In this document: positions 25,838-36,986 of the stretch, piece by piece
Position numbering within the stretch: position 1 is the first letter of the stretch
Layout of the letters: each line of letters begins with the position of its first letter
From: Chrysomallon squamiferum
Taxonomy: Eukaryota > Animalia > Mollusca
Reading direction: 5' to 3'
NCBI GenBank assembly: GCA_012295275.1
Contig: CM022670.1
Span: 37,138,001 to 37,202,000 of the forward strand
DNA length: 64,000 nucleotides
Position numbers and translations under genes: made by a program
The notes under the pieces: generated by a model
The model's input: only the letters and a program-made list of their open reading frames with translations
What the model was told of the DNA's origin: nothing
The model's database searches: none

Positions 25838-27076
25838 ATGTCAGACCAAGACTTCACTATTTTCTCCAATGAACAATTACAGGAGGCCAAACAACAAACC
25901 CAGAAACACGGAGTTTCAGGTTTAGTTGATTATCTAAAACAAAAATCCGATGAGTGGAAATATGTCAGCGTTAATATTGGTATAGTAGGAGAATCGGCTG
26001 TGGGAAAATCCTCATTCATTAACTGTATTCGGGGATTAACAGCAGATGATCCAGGTGGCGCTGCTGTTGGAACTGGTGATACAACAAGTGAACCGACGAA
26101 GTACTGTCATCCTTACAATGAAGAGCTTGCTTTTTGGGACTTACCGGGAGTAGGAACACCAAAATACCCGAGAAATGAAGAGTATCTAAAGAACATTAAC
26201 TTTGAAAAATATGATTTTTTCCTTCTCCTGTCTGACAACAGGTTTTCATCCAACGATGTTTGGTTAGCAAGAGAAATTGAAAAGAGAGGAAAATATTTCT
26301 TCTTTGTCCGCACAAAAATTGACGAAGCAATGGAAAATGAACGGGAATTATGTGGAAGCACTTTCTCAGAGGCTGTCGTTCTGGATAAAATAAATAAAAA
26401 TTGTGAAGAAAACTTCAAAGCAGCTCAACTGACTAATCGACGGGTGTTTTGCATTTCCAACTATCACAGAGAGATGTGGCAGTTTGAAGAACTTATGCAA
26501 GAACTTCTTGTCGCATTGCCTGACATGAAGAGAAATGCTCTGGTGCTGTCCATTGGTCCTGTGTCAAAACAAGTATTAAAGGAAAAAACCAAATTACTTA
26601 AAACACAGATTTCCTGGAAGGCCGCCCTTTCTGCTATTGGAGCAGCTGCAGGTTATCTGGTCCCAATACCTGCTGTTGGTGTAGCAGTGGATATTGGTAT
26701 ACTGGTGGGCGAGATAAATTTTTATCTCAAACAGTATGGGCTTGACGACGAGTCACTAAAACGACTATCGGAACGTACCAACACGACCGTGGACTACTAC
26801 GTAAAATCACTTAAATTTGCTTCTGGGATCATTATGAGTAGACAGAGTATTAAAACTTTTGTTATAGACATGATTAAAAAGGAAGCTGTGAAACAAGCAG
26901 AGAAAAGAGTTGCTTCTGAATTTCTTAAATTGATTCCTTTGGTGGGGAGCATTGCGTCAGGCTCAATATCGTTTGGAACTTGCTACTACTTTCTAGACAA
27001 AACAATCGACGAGTTTGAGACTGACGCGCTGGCTGTTGTTGATGCCGCCATCCGAAAAACACAATTTGAAATCTGA
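25838..27076 (+). CDS. IRG/IIGP-family GTPase copy 3, 412 aa (lacks LVGG)
   Basis: Intact ORF with all G motifs. The true start is MSDQD at 25838 after acceptor TTTGTAG; 12-nt in-frame deletion in the hydrophobic PIPLVGGAVGV segment. Confidence 0.92.
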   Translation: MSDQDFTIFSNEQLQEAKQQTQKHGVSGLVDYLKQKSDEWKYVSVNIGIVGESAVGKSSFINCIRGLTADDPGGAAVGTGDTTSEPTKYCHPYNEELAFWDLPGVGTPKYPRNEEYLKNINFEKYDFFLLLSDNRFSSNDVWLAREIEKRGKYFFFVRTKIDEAMENERELCGSTFSEAVVLDKINKNCEENFKAAQLTNRRVFCISNYHREMWQFEELMQELLVALPDMKRNALVLSIGPVSKQVLKEKTKLLKTQISWKAALSAIGAAAGYLVPIPAVGVAVDIGILVGEINFYLKQYGLDDESLKRLSERTNTTVDYYVKSLKFASGIIMSRQSIKTFVIDMIKKEAVKQAEKRVASEFLKLIPLVGSIASGSISFGTCYYFLDKTIDEFETDALAVVDAAIRKTQFEI

Positions 27077-27359
27077 TTCCAGAAAGTGTTTTTGACAAAA
27101 ACAGTCATCTCTAGTTATATTGCCGAAACGAATACACAGATTTTAATGATAATGGGGAAAAAACAAACAAAAAAGCGTACACATAATATAAAACTTTTAA
27201 TAGTATAATAGACTGGTCATACTAACATCAGAGTATCAAATGTGTTAATTAATGCCCAGATAAAAAGTTCCACAAATAATAACATATATATATATATATT
27301 TATTTTACACAAGTATGAACAAGTCAAACTTTTCATGATATACAATTATTTACATTTAC

Positions 27360-28375
27360 ACGAATACCCCCAAACACCTTTTATTGTTGGATAAAAACCT
27401 GACCGCAGCTGAATAAAACTAATAACCCAGGACCCTCTGAAGATTTATGACTGCTCTCAGAGTAGAGTACGTTGCTGTCTGTCTGTGTTAACCCGGTATA
27501 CGTGGTTGTCTGTTGATACCACTCCTGGTCTTTTAGTCAGAGAGTGGGCAAGACACAAGGTTCCCAATCTGTAATTGCCCTAATTCAAACAGCGACTTCT
27601 GTAAAATTCTTAGGTGGGCGTAACTCGTCTTCGGCCCCGAAGATTCAAGTATATCTAAATTACTTTACATGCCATCTCGGTTATTCGTAGGTTGGCTGAA
27701 TAACTTCCCTTCGGCACATGCCAGTGAATCCTTTGGTAATAACCTGTTCCCCTACAGGTCAGTACATGGACCCTAACCCTGGACCAGATGAACCTTACCT
27801 CTGTAGCTGTCTGTCGGGGATTCCTCCATCAGAGCAACAAATTAAATTACCCGACCCCTTGCACTACTTGTATTATAACAAAATTAAATATTATTTTTTC
27901 TTCAACCGGCTGTCCATGCTCACGATGCTGAAGACGATGACATCTTATCGATCTGGCTATTCATGCTGTGGTTCACTTGATTCTGTTGCTGTTAAAACCG
28001 GCAAAAAATAAAAATAAAAAATAAATAAATAAAAACAAATCCAGAGCAGTATTATCTATACTACATTTATATTTTTGTGCTGGCTGGGTGGGAATTTTTT
28101 CCTGTCGTGGCTGAAATGGAGCTCGAATGGAAAAGATCGATTTCTGCTCATGTGACGCTTGTACTGCTTTGACCTGTCAACTAGGGTTAATTCCCTTTGG
28201 CCATTATCTCCCGTGCCACTATCTACTACTAACCACCCAGCTAGTTGTGTTTTTTCCTGGCATTAAATGGGTTTGTAAGGTATTACGAATAATCTGTTTT
28301 ATATTTGACATTTTTAAAAGATGTATCCGAAAATTATCTGAGAAACAGACTATGAATATTAAGATGATAAACATT
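27360..28375. repeat. Unidentified ~1 kb element, copy 2 (variant internal segment at ~27450-27650)
   Basis: Homologous to 11170-12150. Confidence 0.8.
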
Positions 28376-28659
28376 TCTTAATATACACATTTCAGAGAGG
28401 TCTTTTAGGGAGATATAATTTTCTCACAATAATAATAATAATAATAATATAAATAAATAAATAAATAAATAGAAAAATAAAATATTACCATCTACAAGGA
28501 TATGTGTTTATTAAATCCACTGAAAATGCACAGCTGTTCACGACTGTTTCATAACACGTATAGATTATACGTTAGTAGAAAAAACCCAGAATTGCCTTAT
28601 ATTTGTACTGCAATAACAAAATAATAAAACATTCATACCAAATTTTATTTAAAATTTGT

Positions 28660-28698
<39 letters not shown>

Positions 28699-28798
28699 TT
28701 GTATACATAAAATTTGCATAGTATACATAAAATTTCCGTCATTAAATCAGCAGTGAAACATTATATACTCCACAAATATTTGGTGTCTTAAGAATATT

Positions 28799-30638
28799 TT
28801 AATGTAGTCGCTTTTTATTTTTCGGACCTGAATAAATAATGCTTATATATAAACATATTTCACAATTTTTTCACACAAAAGTACATTTTGTTGGATCATT
28901 ATTCACAGCTGTGCTTCTAAATGAAATTTAGAAAAAAATATATTACACACTGCTTTAAAACAATTATAACAAAACGTTCACACACAAAACTTTATTCACT
29001 TGGTAGCTATGTTTTAAGCCGCTGAATAATGAATTAAAAGACTAAATATAAAAAATATAAAAAATCGCCCAGAAAACAACAACTCAGACCTACATTATAT
29101 TCACTTAATATTTTCAAGTTCATCAAAGCTGATTAAAACTAATAAATATGTCAAAATAGTTAATTGGTTGTGTTTTAATTCCACAAAATCACTATTTACC
29201 TTTAACAGCTTCAACATTTTGACAATGAAATAAAATAAATGAATATTTATGATTTATTTTAACTACCTGTAATTATATATAAATACATTGTTTAAAAAAA
29301 TTTCATTCATATCCAAATAATTTTGTTTATTTTATTTATTATGTGGAAAAGAGTAAAATAAAGAAGAATTAACAGTGAAAAAAATTAGACACACACAAAA
29401 AAGAGAAAATGATTGTTTTCTTTCCAAATGTTCAGCTTTCGCAATGACATTTTAATGAAATTCCAGTTTTTTTTCTACACAGTTCATTATCACATTTATT
29501 GAATATAAACTATTACATTAAAGATTACTGTCATGATTGTCTCAAATTATTGATTTCAGCTTCTCTTCGTTGCAAATAAAAAAGGAGAACTGCCATATTG
29601 TGCTAATTGTTTTTGACAGTAAGATGTTGCTATTTTCCCCTGAACTGTATGCAGAAATAATATTTAACTGATCTTCTCTTCACTGTATACTGCACCAGTC
29701 TCTACGTTTTTGTCATTGAGAAAAATACTCGCCTTGTCTCTGAACGTCTCTGTGTGAAGATACTGAGAAACGAGCACCTTCTTTGGTAAGTATTGGCAGA
29801 TTTGGAAAGTCATACTTTTCTGCTTTTAATGAATCAACAAAGTAAACTGGTGCATCAGGAAAACTCTCTTGAATCTGTTTTGTAATTTTGTCCTTTACGC
29901 TTTTTTCACTGAATGTCCTCGGATGAGCCCTTTCCTCGTTCCTCAGTTCATTAAAAAACTTTGTCCTTACATAGAAATATCTCTTTCCCTGCTTAGCTAT
30001 TTCATTGTGAAGCAGAACCTCAAACTCATTTATCTTGCTGCAGGAAAGTAGAAGATAGAAATCATAATTCTTAAAATTAATTTTCTTTATGTAACCTTCG
30101 TCATCTCTAAACCTCTGAGTGGCAAATCCAGGAACATCCCACAAAACGACGTCAATGCCAGGTACACTGTAGGGCTCTGGATCTTTAGTGCACTCAATAA
30201 CATCAGTTTTGGCAGCATATTCATCTTTGTGTGGAAATCCAAAGAAAGCATTTATAAAAGTTGATTTTCCAGAGCCACTTTTTCCTATGACTCCAACATT
30301 ATAGAGTCTGAAAGAAAGCAAGAATTGAATAATCTGTTACAATAATTTTAACATACAGCAATAAAAGATGGAGATGAAGAATATGAATGAATGAATGAAT
30401 AAATAAACACACAAAGAAACGAATTATATTTTTTATATTCTATACTTTTCGTTTTCAGAATTAATCGTCATAACGTTTTTACCCAGTTTCATCAATTTCT
30501 AATAATATTATATCTATATTTCATAATAATGTGAAATACAGATCAATTATTACTGTATATATTATATCCGAAAATTAAATGAGAAAAACACTAAGAATAT
30601 AAAAAAAAAATAGACAAAAATTAAATGGTAAACATATC

Positions 30639-30679
<41 letters not shown>

Positions 30680-31084
30680 TTTTCAGAAGGGACTTTTGGG
30701 GAGGAAATAATGGAATTGTTTATAGAAAGTGTTACTTCACAAATAACTTTTCTTGGAAACACTTCCACAATTCCGCCATTAACTGAATCAGTTAAAATTC
30801 ATTTGAAACTTCATTTAATAATAAGTGAATAAAATATTAAATGGAGTTTCAGTTGAACTATATATAACTTTTGTAAGTGTAAGTGTTATTCCTTTTTACT
30901 TCCTCCTATACTACTGACAATTTCGAAAAATGAATGTTACGATATACACTGGCATAGGCAGAAACAATGGCATAATTATAGCTCCAAGTTATTTTCTTTA
31001 CAAACAAAAACTCGTAATATAATACCAAAACTGTCTTCTAGTTTACCTTTCCTTTTCGAATGTTCGTCTTGCAGCTTCAGCCAT
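28799..31084 (-). CDS. Mini-IRG copy B, intact, 198 aa G-domain-only IRG-like GTPase. Exons 31084-31047, 30307-29778, 28827-28799
   Basis: Exon lengths 38+530+29 = 597 nt, phases match: MAEAARRTFEKE|R-LYNVGVIGKSGSGKSTFINAF...VIECT...LWDVPG...YDFYLLLS...YFYVRTKFF...YDFPNLPILTKE|GPKNKKRLH*. The second donor (AG|GTGCTC) is weak. Confidence 0.78.
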
Positions 31085-31310
31085 GATTGTTTTTATTTTT
31101 CAAGGGAAGTAACTTCGACACTGGCGAATGGACGAAGCCAGTATATTTATTTTTACGAATCATGAAGATTAAACCTAATTATATGAAGTAGGTAAATATC
31201 TGCGAATGTACCGAACGGATAATATTATAAAATCCTTTCTAAATCCTGAACATCTCATTACTAATAATCTTCGTTGCCGTTAGAAATTCGATTACAAATT
31301 TAGTGATTCT

Positions 31311-31320
31311 GGAAATCCCC
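31311..31320 (-). promoter_or_regulatory. NF-kB-like site (GGGGATTTCC) upstream of mini-IRG B
   Basis: Exact consensus ~230 bp upstream of the ATG, with TGACGTA at ~31339. Confidence 0.55.
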
Positions 31321-31542
31321 GTTATTACTGGGACTATGTGACGTATGTCACGTACTTCTCGCATCAGTGTTTATAGCAATTTTTCAGAAAGAAATCTGAC
31401 ATTATATCATGTGAAAATACCTTATGAGCGGAACGAAGTACAGATTGAATATGAGAAAATTTTACAAAATATAATTTTCCTGTAACATATATCATCAAAA
31501 AAAAAAAAAAAAAAAAGTAAAAGAAAAATCCGGATTAAATGA

Positions 31543-31920
31543 TACACATAGTTTTCGAAGGCACATTTTGGATGACAACACTTTGACTCAATGAACTCCA
31601 TCTTGTAGAATGTAATATTTTTGCTACATGGCATGACCGTGTATATTATTTCATTCGTCTCACTGACAGACAACTTGCCAAATCAAAGGAACCTTTAACA
31701 TTTAATTAGCCTGAATAAATAATTAGCTGACTCTAGTTAGCTTTGATGTTAGGTCATATTTTATAAGATGTTTTAGCAGATCAAAGTAATAGAAATGTCT
31801 ATAATCAAGTTTAATTAGCAATTAGCTTTGACCAATTTACTGGAATTAGTAATCCAAATTCCCTTAATCAAGTTTGATGTAATACACTTTGACTAATTTA
31901 TTGGAATGTTGCTTAAACAT
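31543..31920 (-). mobile_element. Truncated duplicate of the FLYWCH-MULE remnant
   Basis: Reads MEFIESKCCHPKCAFENYVY and carries the same tandem repeats as 22667-23120; joined by a ~1.4 kb deletion to sequence equivalent to ~21286. Confidence 0.75.
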
Positions 31921-34371
31921 CATTCTGAATTGTATACTTGAAGAAAAATGCTGATCAGTTATCCGGGAGACAATTGAGTTGATACTCTTCTCTTCGTATG
32001 TTTTCGTTAAGAACTAGTGTAAAATACTTCGTTACAGAAAATAAGGTAATCGGTAAGGTCGGGTTAGGCCAAGTCATCAAAGGCAAAATAAGATTTCGTT
32101 TTAATTCATCAGTTATATATTTATATATATGTAAAGCGTCAGGTGTCTTGTCCCAAATTGGAAATGAAAAGTTTCAAAGATGATAAACAAACTTATAATC
32201 TCGTCCCACATTTAATTATAAGAGAATGCATTCAAATACAATGCTTTATTATTTGAGAGGCTTTGCAGAGATGGAGTCCATTTGCGTATCGGGTCACATA
32301 CGGGACATACGGTGCAGGTCATGTACGAACTCGTCTTCAGTTTAGCTTGCCACGTTCAGCACAAAGCTCGTAAGTAAAGAAAATCAACAGACAAGTTTAC
32401 CGTGTCAAAATATACGTCGTGTGACTAAGATAAGTTTATTCCGGACTTTAAATCATGTACAAGCTACAAATTATCTATTTTTCTCATAGCCTCCCAAATT
32501 TCATAGAAATATTTAGTAGGTACTTAATTTTGAGTAACAAAGTGTTTGGTGTTGTCAGCAAATGCTATAGCGATTATCATTGATACAGATGTTTATTTTA
32601 TTTCGTTTCATTTAGTAATTATTTAATAATATGTTTTGTTTCTCAAATCTGTCTAATATTGTAATTCAAAGTCTCGCCATGATTACATTCAAATGTGGGA
32701 CTAAAAATATATTTCCGCAATGTCTCTATGTTAACTCCCTATTGCGGCATTATATATTTATTTATTTATCGATTTTACTTTGCTACAATGTACAAGATGG
32801 TCGATCGGTCGTTTGCAGAAATAATTTGTCGTTTCAAACACTTTTAGAATGATCACCTCTATTTACCATTAATGAAAGAGAATACAAAATTTTTATATTA
32901 TTTGTCGAATATTTTGAACAAATTGTCAGCACTTGTCGGTTATTAGTGGGACCGCATTCCTACGGCTGTACTTTTAGTAGACTTCTGATGAGTTAGAGTT
33001 ACAAGTCGATCCAAATGTCTGAGCCGTTCTCTGCCAGAAGACTCCCGGGCGAAGTCTCCGGGTGATATGCGTTTAGTCACTTCGTTGAGATAGACGCGAA
33101 CTGCATTTTTCATGTACATTTAATTATATTCACCAGATATTGAATGTTCATGTTTATTGTCAAATCGAGAATAAATACAGGTCTCTTCTTATCGTTCTAT
33201 TTTGAAATTCCCAGCTACAGTCACCTAACGCGTGTGTTCACTTTTGAGATTAATGTATAGTGGATCAAGATTTCTTTATCGCAATAGGAAAATATGTACA
33301 CATACATTGGCGAATGGGTACTCTACTACTTGTGCATTTACTGAGCATATTGTTTTGATTTTCAACGAAACGATGGCGCCCGCCTTAGATGTTCTCGAAG
33401 GTACAGAAATAATAATAATACAGCCACAGTGCATGAATAAATTGACCTGCAAAGATAAAATATTGGCTTACGTGACGAAGGTGTAGCCAATCGTACATTT
33501 ATTTACATTACACTCCCGGAGAAATAGTCACGAGGCTGCAATGATATCAGTAGATGTATATAAATTTAGAACTTTCATAAGTCATACAGTTGGACCTCTG
33601 AGGACGCTAGAGAAAGACATCTGAAAAAGAAAGGAAAAGGTTAGTCTTTTATTTTAAATTACGAATTGTATATATATTAAAGGATATGTAATTTCCAATA
33701 TAAATGTGTGAATTTGAATGATGTTATTCGGACATCATGACATCATTAAAAAACCCTTTAATTTCATACTTCCGTCTTTTATAATGGATATGAAACTAGA
33801 AGACGCCATGTTGTCTGGGAACACTTTGCGTCATTAGTTTGAATTTATTAAATTTACTTGACTTTAATATTCTTCGAAGTTCAAAAGAAAGTTAAATGGA
33901 AGTATTTGAAATACGTACGTACGATTGTGTTACATAAGACAGGAGATATACCTCTGTGCATATAACAACTATATTTACCTAATAAAATTTTACCCGCAGA
34001 AGATTTAAAGTATGAATGAGTTAAAAGCCGTTGGAATTATTTATGACCTATAAAATTGTTAGTATAATATTTCGCTGGCAACATTTTCCGGACATTATCT
34101 TTATCCACTTCTGTTTAATGATTGATTGTCCAGTTGTTACGAGAAAACCAAGTCAGGCACATTTTTTTTATATCATAAATATTTAATATACTGAAGTAGA
34201 ATTGAAAAAGAAAGAGAGAAAAGAAAACAAAAAGGAAAAAATATTTATAATGATGATGATGATGATAATGATAACACACACACACAGACATATATATATC
34301 TATATATATATAAAACATGCTTATTCAGTTTGTATGAGTTTGTGTATATATAGGTAGATATATCCATACAT

Positions 34372-34409
<38 letters not shown>

Positions 34410-34512
34410 AATAAGCGGTATAACTTGTAATTCTTTAACTCTTTATGATTATTTATTTATTAAAATTATTTTTTATTTATTTATTTTTTGCAGACTTCGT
34501 ATATTAAAAATA

Positions 34513-35763
34513 ATGTCAGACCAAGACTACACTATTTTCTCCACTGAAGAATTAGAGGAGGCCAAACAATATGCCCAACAATACGGAGTTTATGGTTTAG
34601 CTGATTATCTAAAAAATAAAACCGAAGAGTGGAAACAAGTCAGCGTTAATATTGGTATTGTAGGAGAATCGGCTGTGGGAAAATCCTCATTCATTAACTG
34701 TATTCGGGGATTAACAGCAGATGATCCAGATGGCGCTGCTGTTGGAACTGGTGATACAACAAGTGAACCGACGAAGTACTGTCATCCTTACAATGAAGAG
34801 CTTGTTTTCTGGGACTTACCGGGAGTAGGAACACCAAAATACCCGAGAAATGAAGAGTATCTAAAGAACATTAACTTTGAAAAATATGATTTTTTCCTCC
34901 TCCTGTCTGACAACAGGTTTTCATCCAACGATGTTTGGTTAGCAAGAGAAATTGAAAAGAGAGGAAAACATTTCTTCTTTGTCCGCACAAAAATTGACGA
35001 AGCAATGGAAAATGAACGGGAATTATGTGGAAGCACTTTTTCAGCTGCTGTCGTTCTGGATAAAATAAATAAAAATTGTGAAGAAAACTTCAAAGCAGCT
35101 CAGCTGACTAATCGACGGGTGTTTTGCATTTCCAACTATCACAGAGAGATGTGGCAGTTTGAAGAACTTATGCAAGAACTTATTGTCGCATTGCCTGACA
35201 TGAAGAGAAATGCTCTGGTGCTGTCCATTGGTCCTGTGTCAAAACAAGTATTAAAGGAAAAAACCAAATTACTTAAAACACAGATTTCTAAGAAGGCCGC
35301 CCTTTCTGCTATTGGTGCAGCTGCAGGTTCTCTGGTCCCAATACCTTTAGTGGGTGGAGCAGTTGGTGTGGCAGTGGATATTTGTATACTGGTGCGCGAG
35401 ATAGATTCTTATCTCAAACAGTATGGGCTTGACGACGAGTCACTAAAACGACTATCGGAACGTACCAACACGACCGTGGACTACTACGTAAAATCACTTA
35501 AATTTGCTTCTGGGATCATTATGAGTAGACAGAGTATTAAAACTTTTGTTATCAACATGATTAAAAGGGAAGGTGTGAAACAAGTAGAGAAAAGAGTTGC
35601 TTCTGAATTTCTTAAATTGATTCCTTTGGTGGGGAGCATTGCGTCAGGCGCAATATCGTTTGGAACTTGCTACTACTTTCTAGACAAAACAATCAACAAG
35701 TTTGAGACTGACGCGCTGGCTGTTGTTGATGCCGTCATCCGAAAAACACAATCTGAAATCTGA
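34513..35763 (+). CDS. IRG/IIGP-family GTPase copy 4, 416 aa
   Basis: Intact ORF, all G motifs present, acceptor TTTGCAG upstream. Confidence 0.92.
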   Translation: MSDQDYTIFSTEELEEAKQYAQQYGVYGLADYLKNKTEEWKQVSVNIGIVGESAVGKSSFINCIRGLTADDPDGAAVGTGDTTSEPTKYCHPYNEELVFWDLPGVGTPKYPRNEEYLKNINFEKYDFFLLLSDNRFSSNDVWLAREIEKRGKHFFFVRTKIDEAMENERELCGSTFSAAVVLDKINKNCEENFKAAQLTNRRVFCISNYHREMWQFEELMQELIVALPDMKRNALVLSIGPVSKQVLKEKTKLLKTQISKKAALSAIGAAAGSLVPIPLVGGAVGVAVDICILVREIDSYLKQYGLDDESLKRLSERTNTTVDYYVKSLKFASGIIMSRQSIKTFVINMIKREGVKQVEKRVASEFLKLIPLVGSIASGAISFGTCYYFLDKTINKFETDALAVVDAVIRKTQSEI

Positions 35764-35999
35764 TTCCAGAAAGAGTTCTTCACAAAAACAGTCCGCTCAA
35801 GCATGTTTTAATAATAATGGGAAAAAAATAATCAAATACTAATAATATAAAACAATTAACAATATACAGATTAATCATGCTAATCTCAGCTTATGAGATG
35901 TGTTGATTATATGTGATATTTTAAGTAAAAATTAGTAATACTCTAATAATAAAAAATATATTTGTGCTTTTATTGCATTGTCAGACACACCCACAGACA

Positions 36000-36056
<57 letters not shown>

Positions 36057-36449
36057 TTTTTCTATTACTTTATCTATATACTGAATTTGTTTATGTTATT
36101 CTTTTCAGACCAAATGCACTTAGTTGTTTCTTAATAAAACATTTATTTGTCGAATAATCACGATATTTTTATCTTTCATAAAACACTATTTTCAACAACA
36201 AGAAATAATCTGTTATGAACAGTACTATACTAAACGTGGAATTATTTTTCATTTTTTAAAGAGCCTGGCATAGTCAGAGTGTATGGTTCCTTGAAGCAGC
36301 CCTGGAGTTTGCGACCCGCGCCCCGCCCCACAAAACTACAACATATTCCACTGACTCCCTCTTACAATTTATAAAACTGGCACACATATATAATATGCAA
36401 TAACAAACATACGTGTATATATTAACTAATTTAAGAAAGAAAGAAAATA

Positions 36450-36515
<66 letters not shown>

Positions 36516-36986
36516 TATAATAATATAAATCAATAAATAGATAAAGTAATTAATCAGTAAAAAAAAAAAAAAAAAAAAAAATTTTACTTATTACATTTGC
36601 TTGATGTTATATCTGTACCATTTGGAAGGATATGTGTTTATTAAATGCGCTGAAAATGCACAACTGTTCAGAAGCCTTACATGACTGTTTCATAACACAT
36701 ATGGATTATATATTAGTAGAAAAAACCTGAATTTCCTCATACTTGTACTGCAATAAGAAAATAATAAAACATTCATACAAAATTTTATTTAAAATTTGTT
36801 TATTTTTTATTTACTGATCAAATTTACATAGTAAGAAATATCTCCTGGACAAAAAATTATTTTTATACATAATAAATAAATAAATAAATAAGTGAAAAAT
36901 ATTGCATAGTATACCTGAAATTTACGTGATTAAATCAGCAGTGAAACATTCCATATTCGACAAATATTTGGTGTGTTAAGAATATT

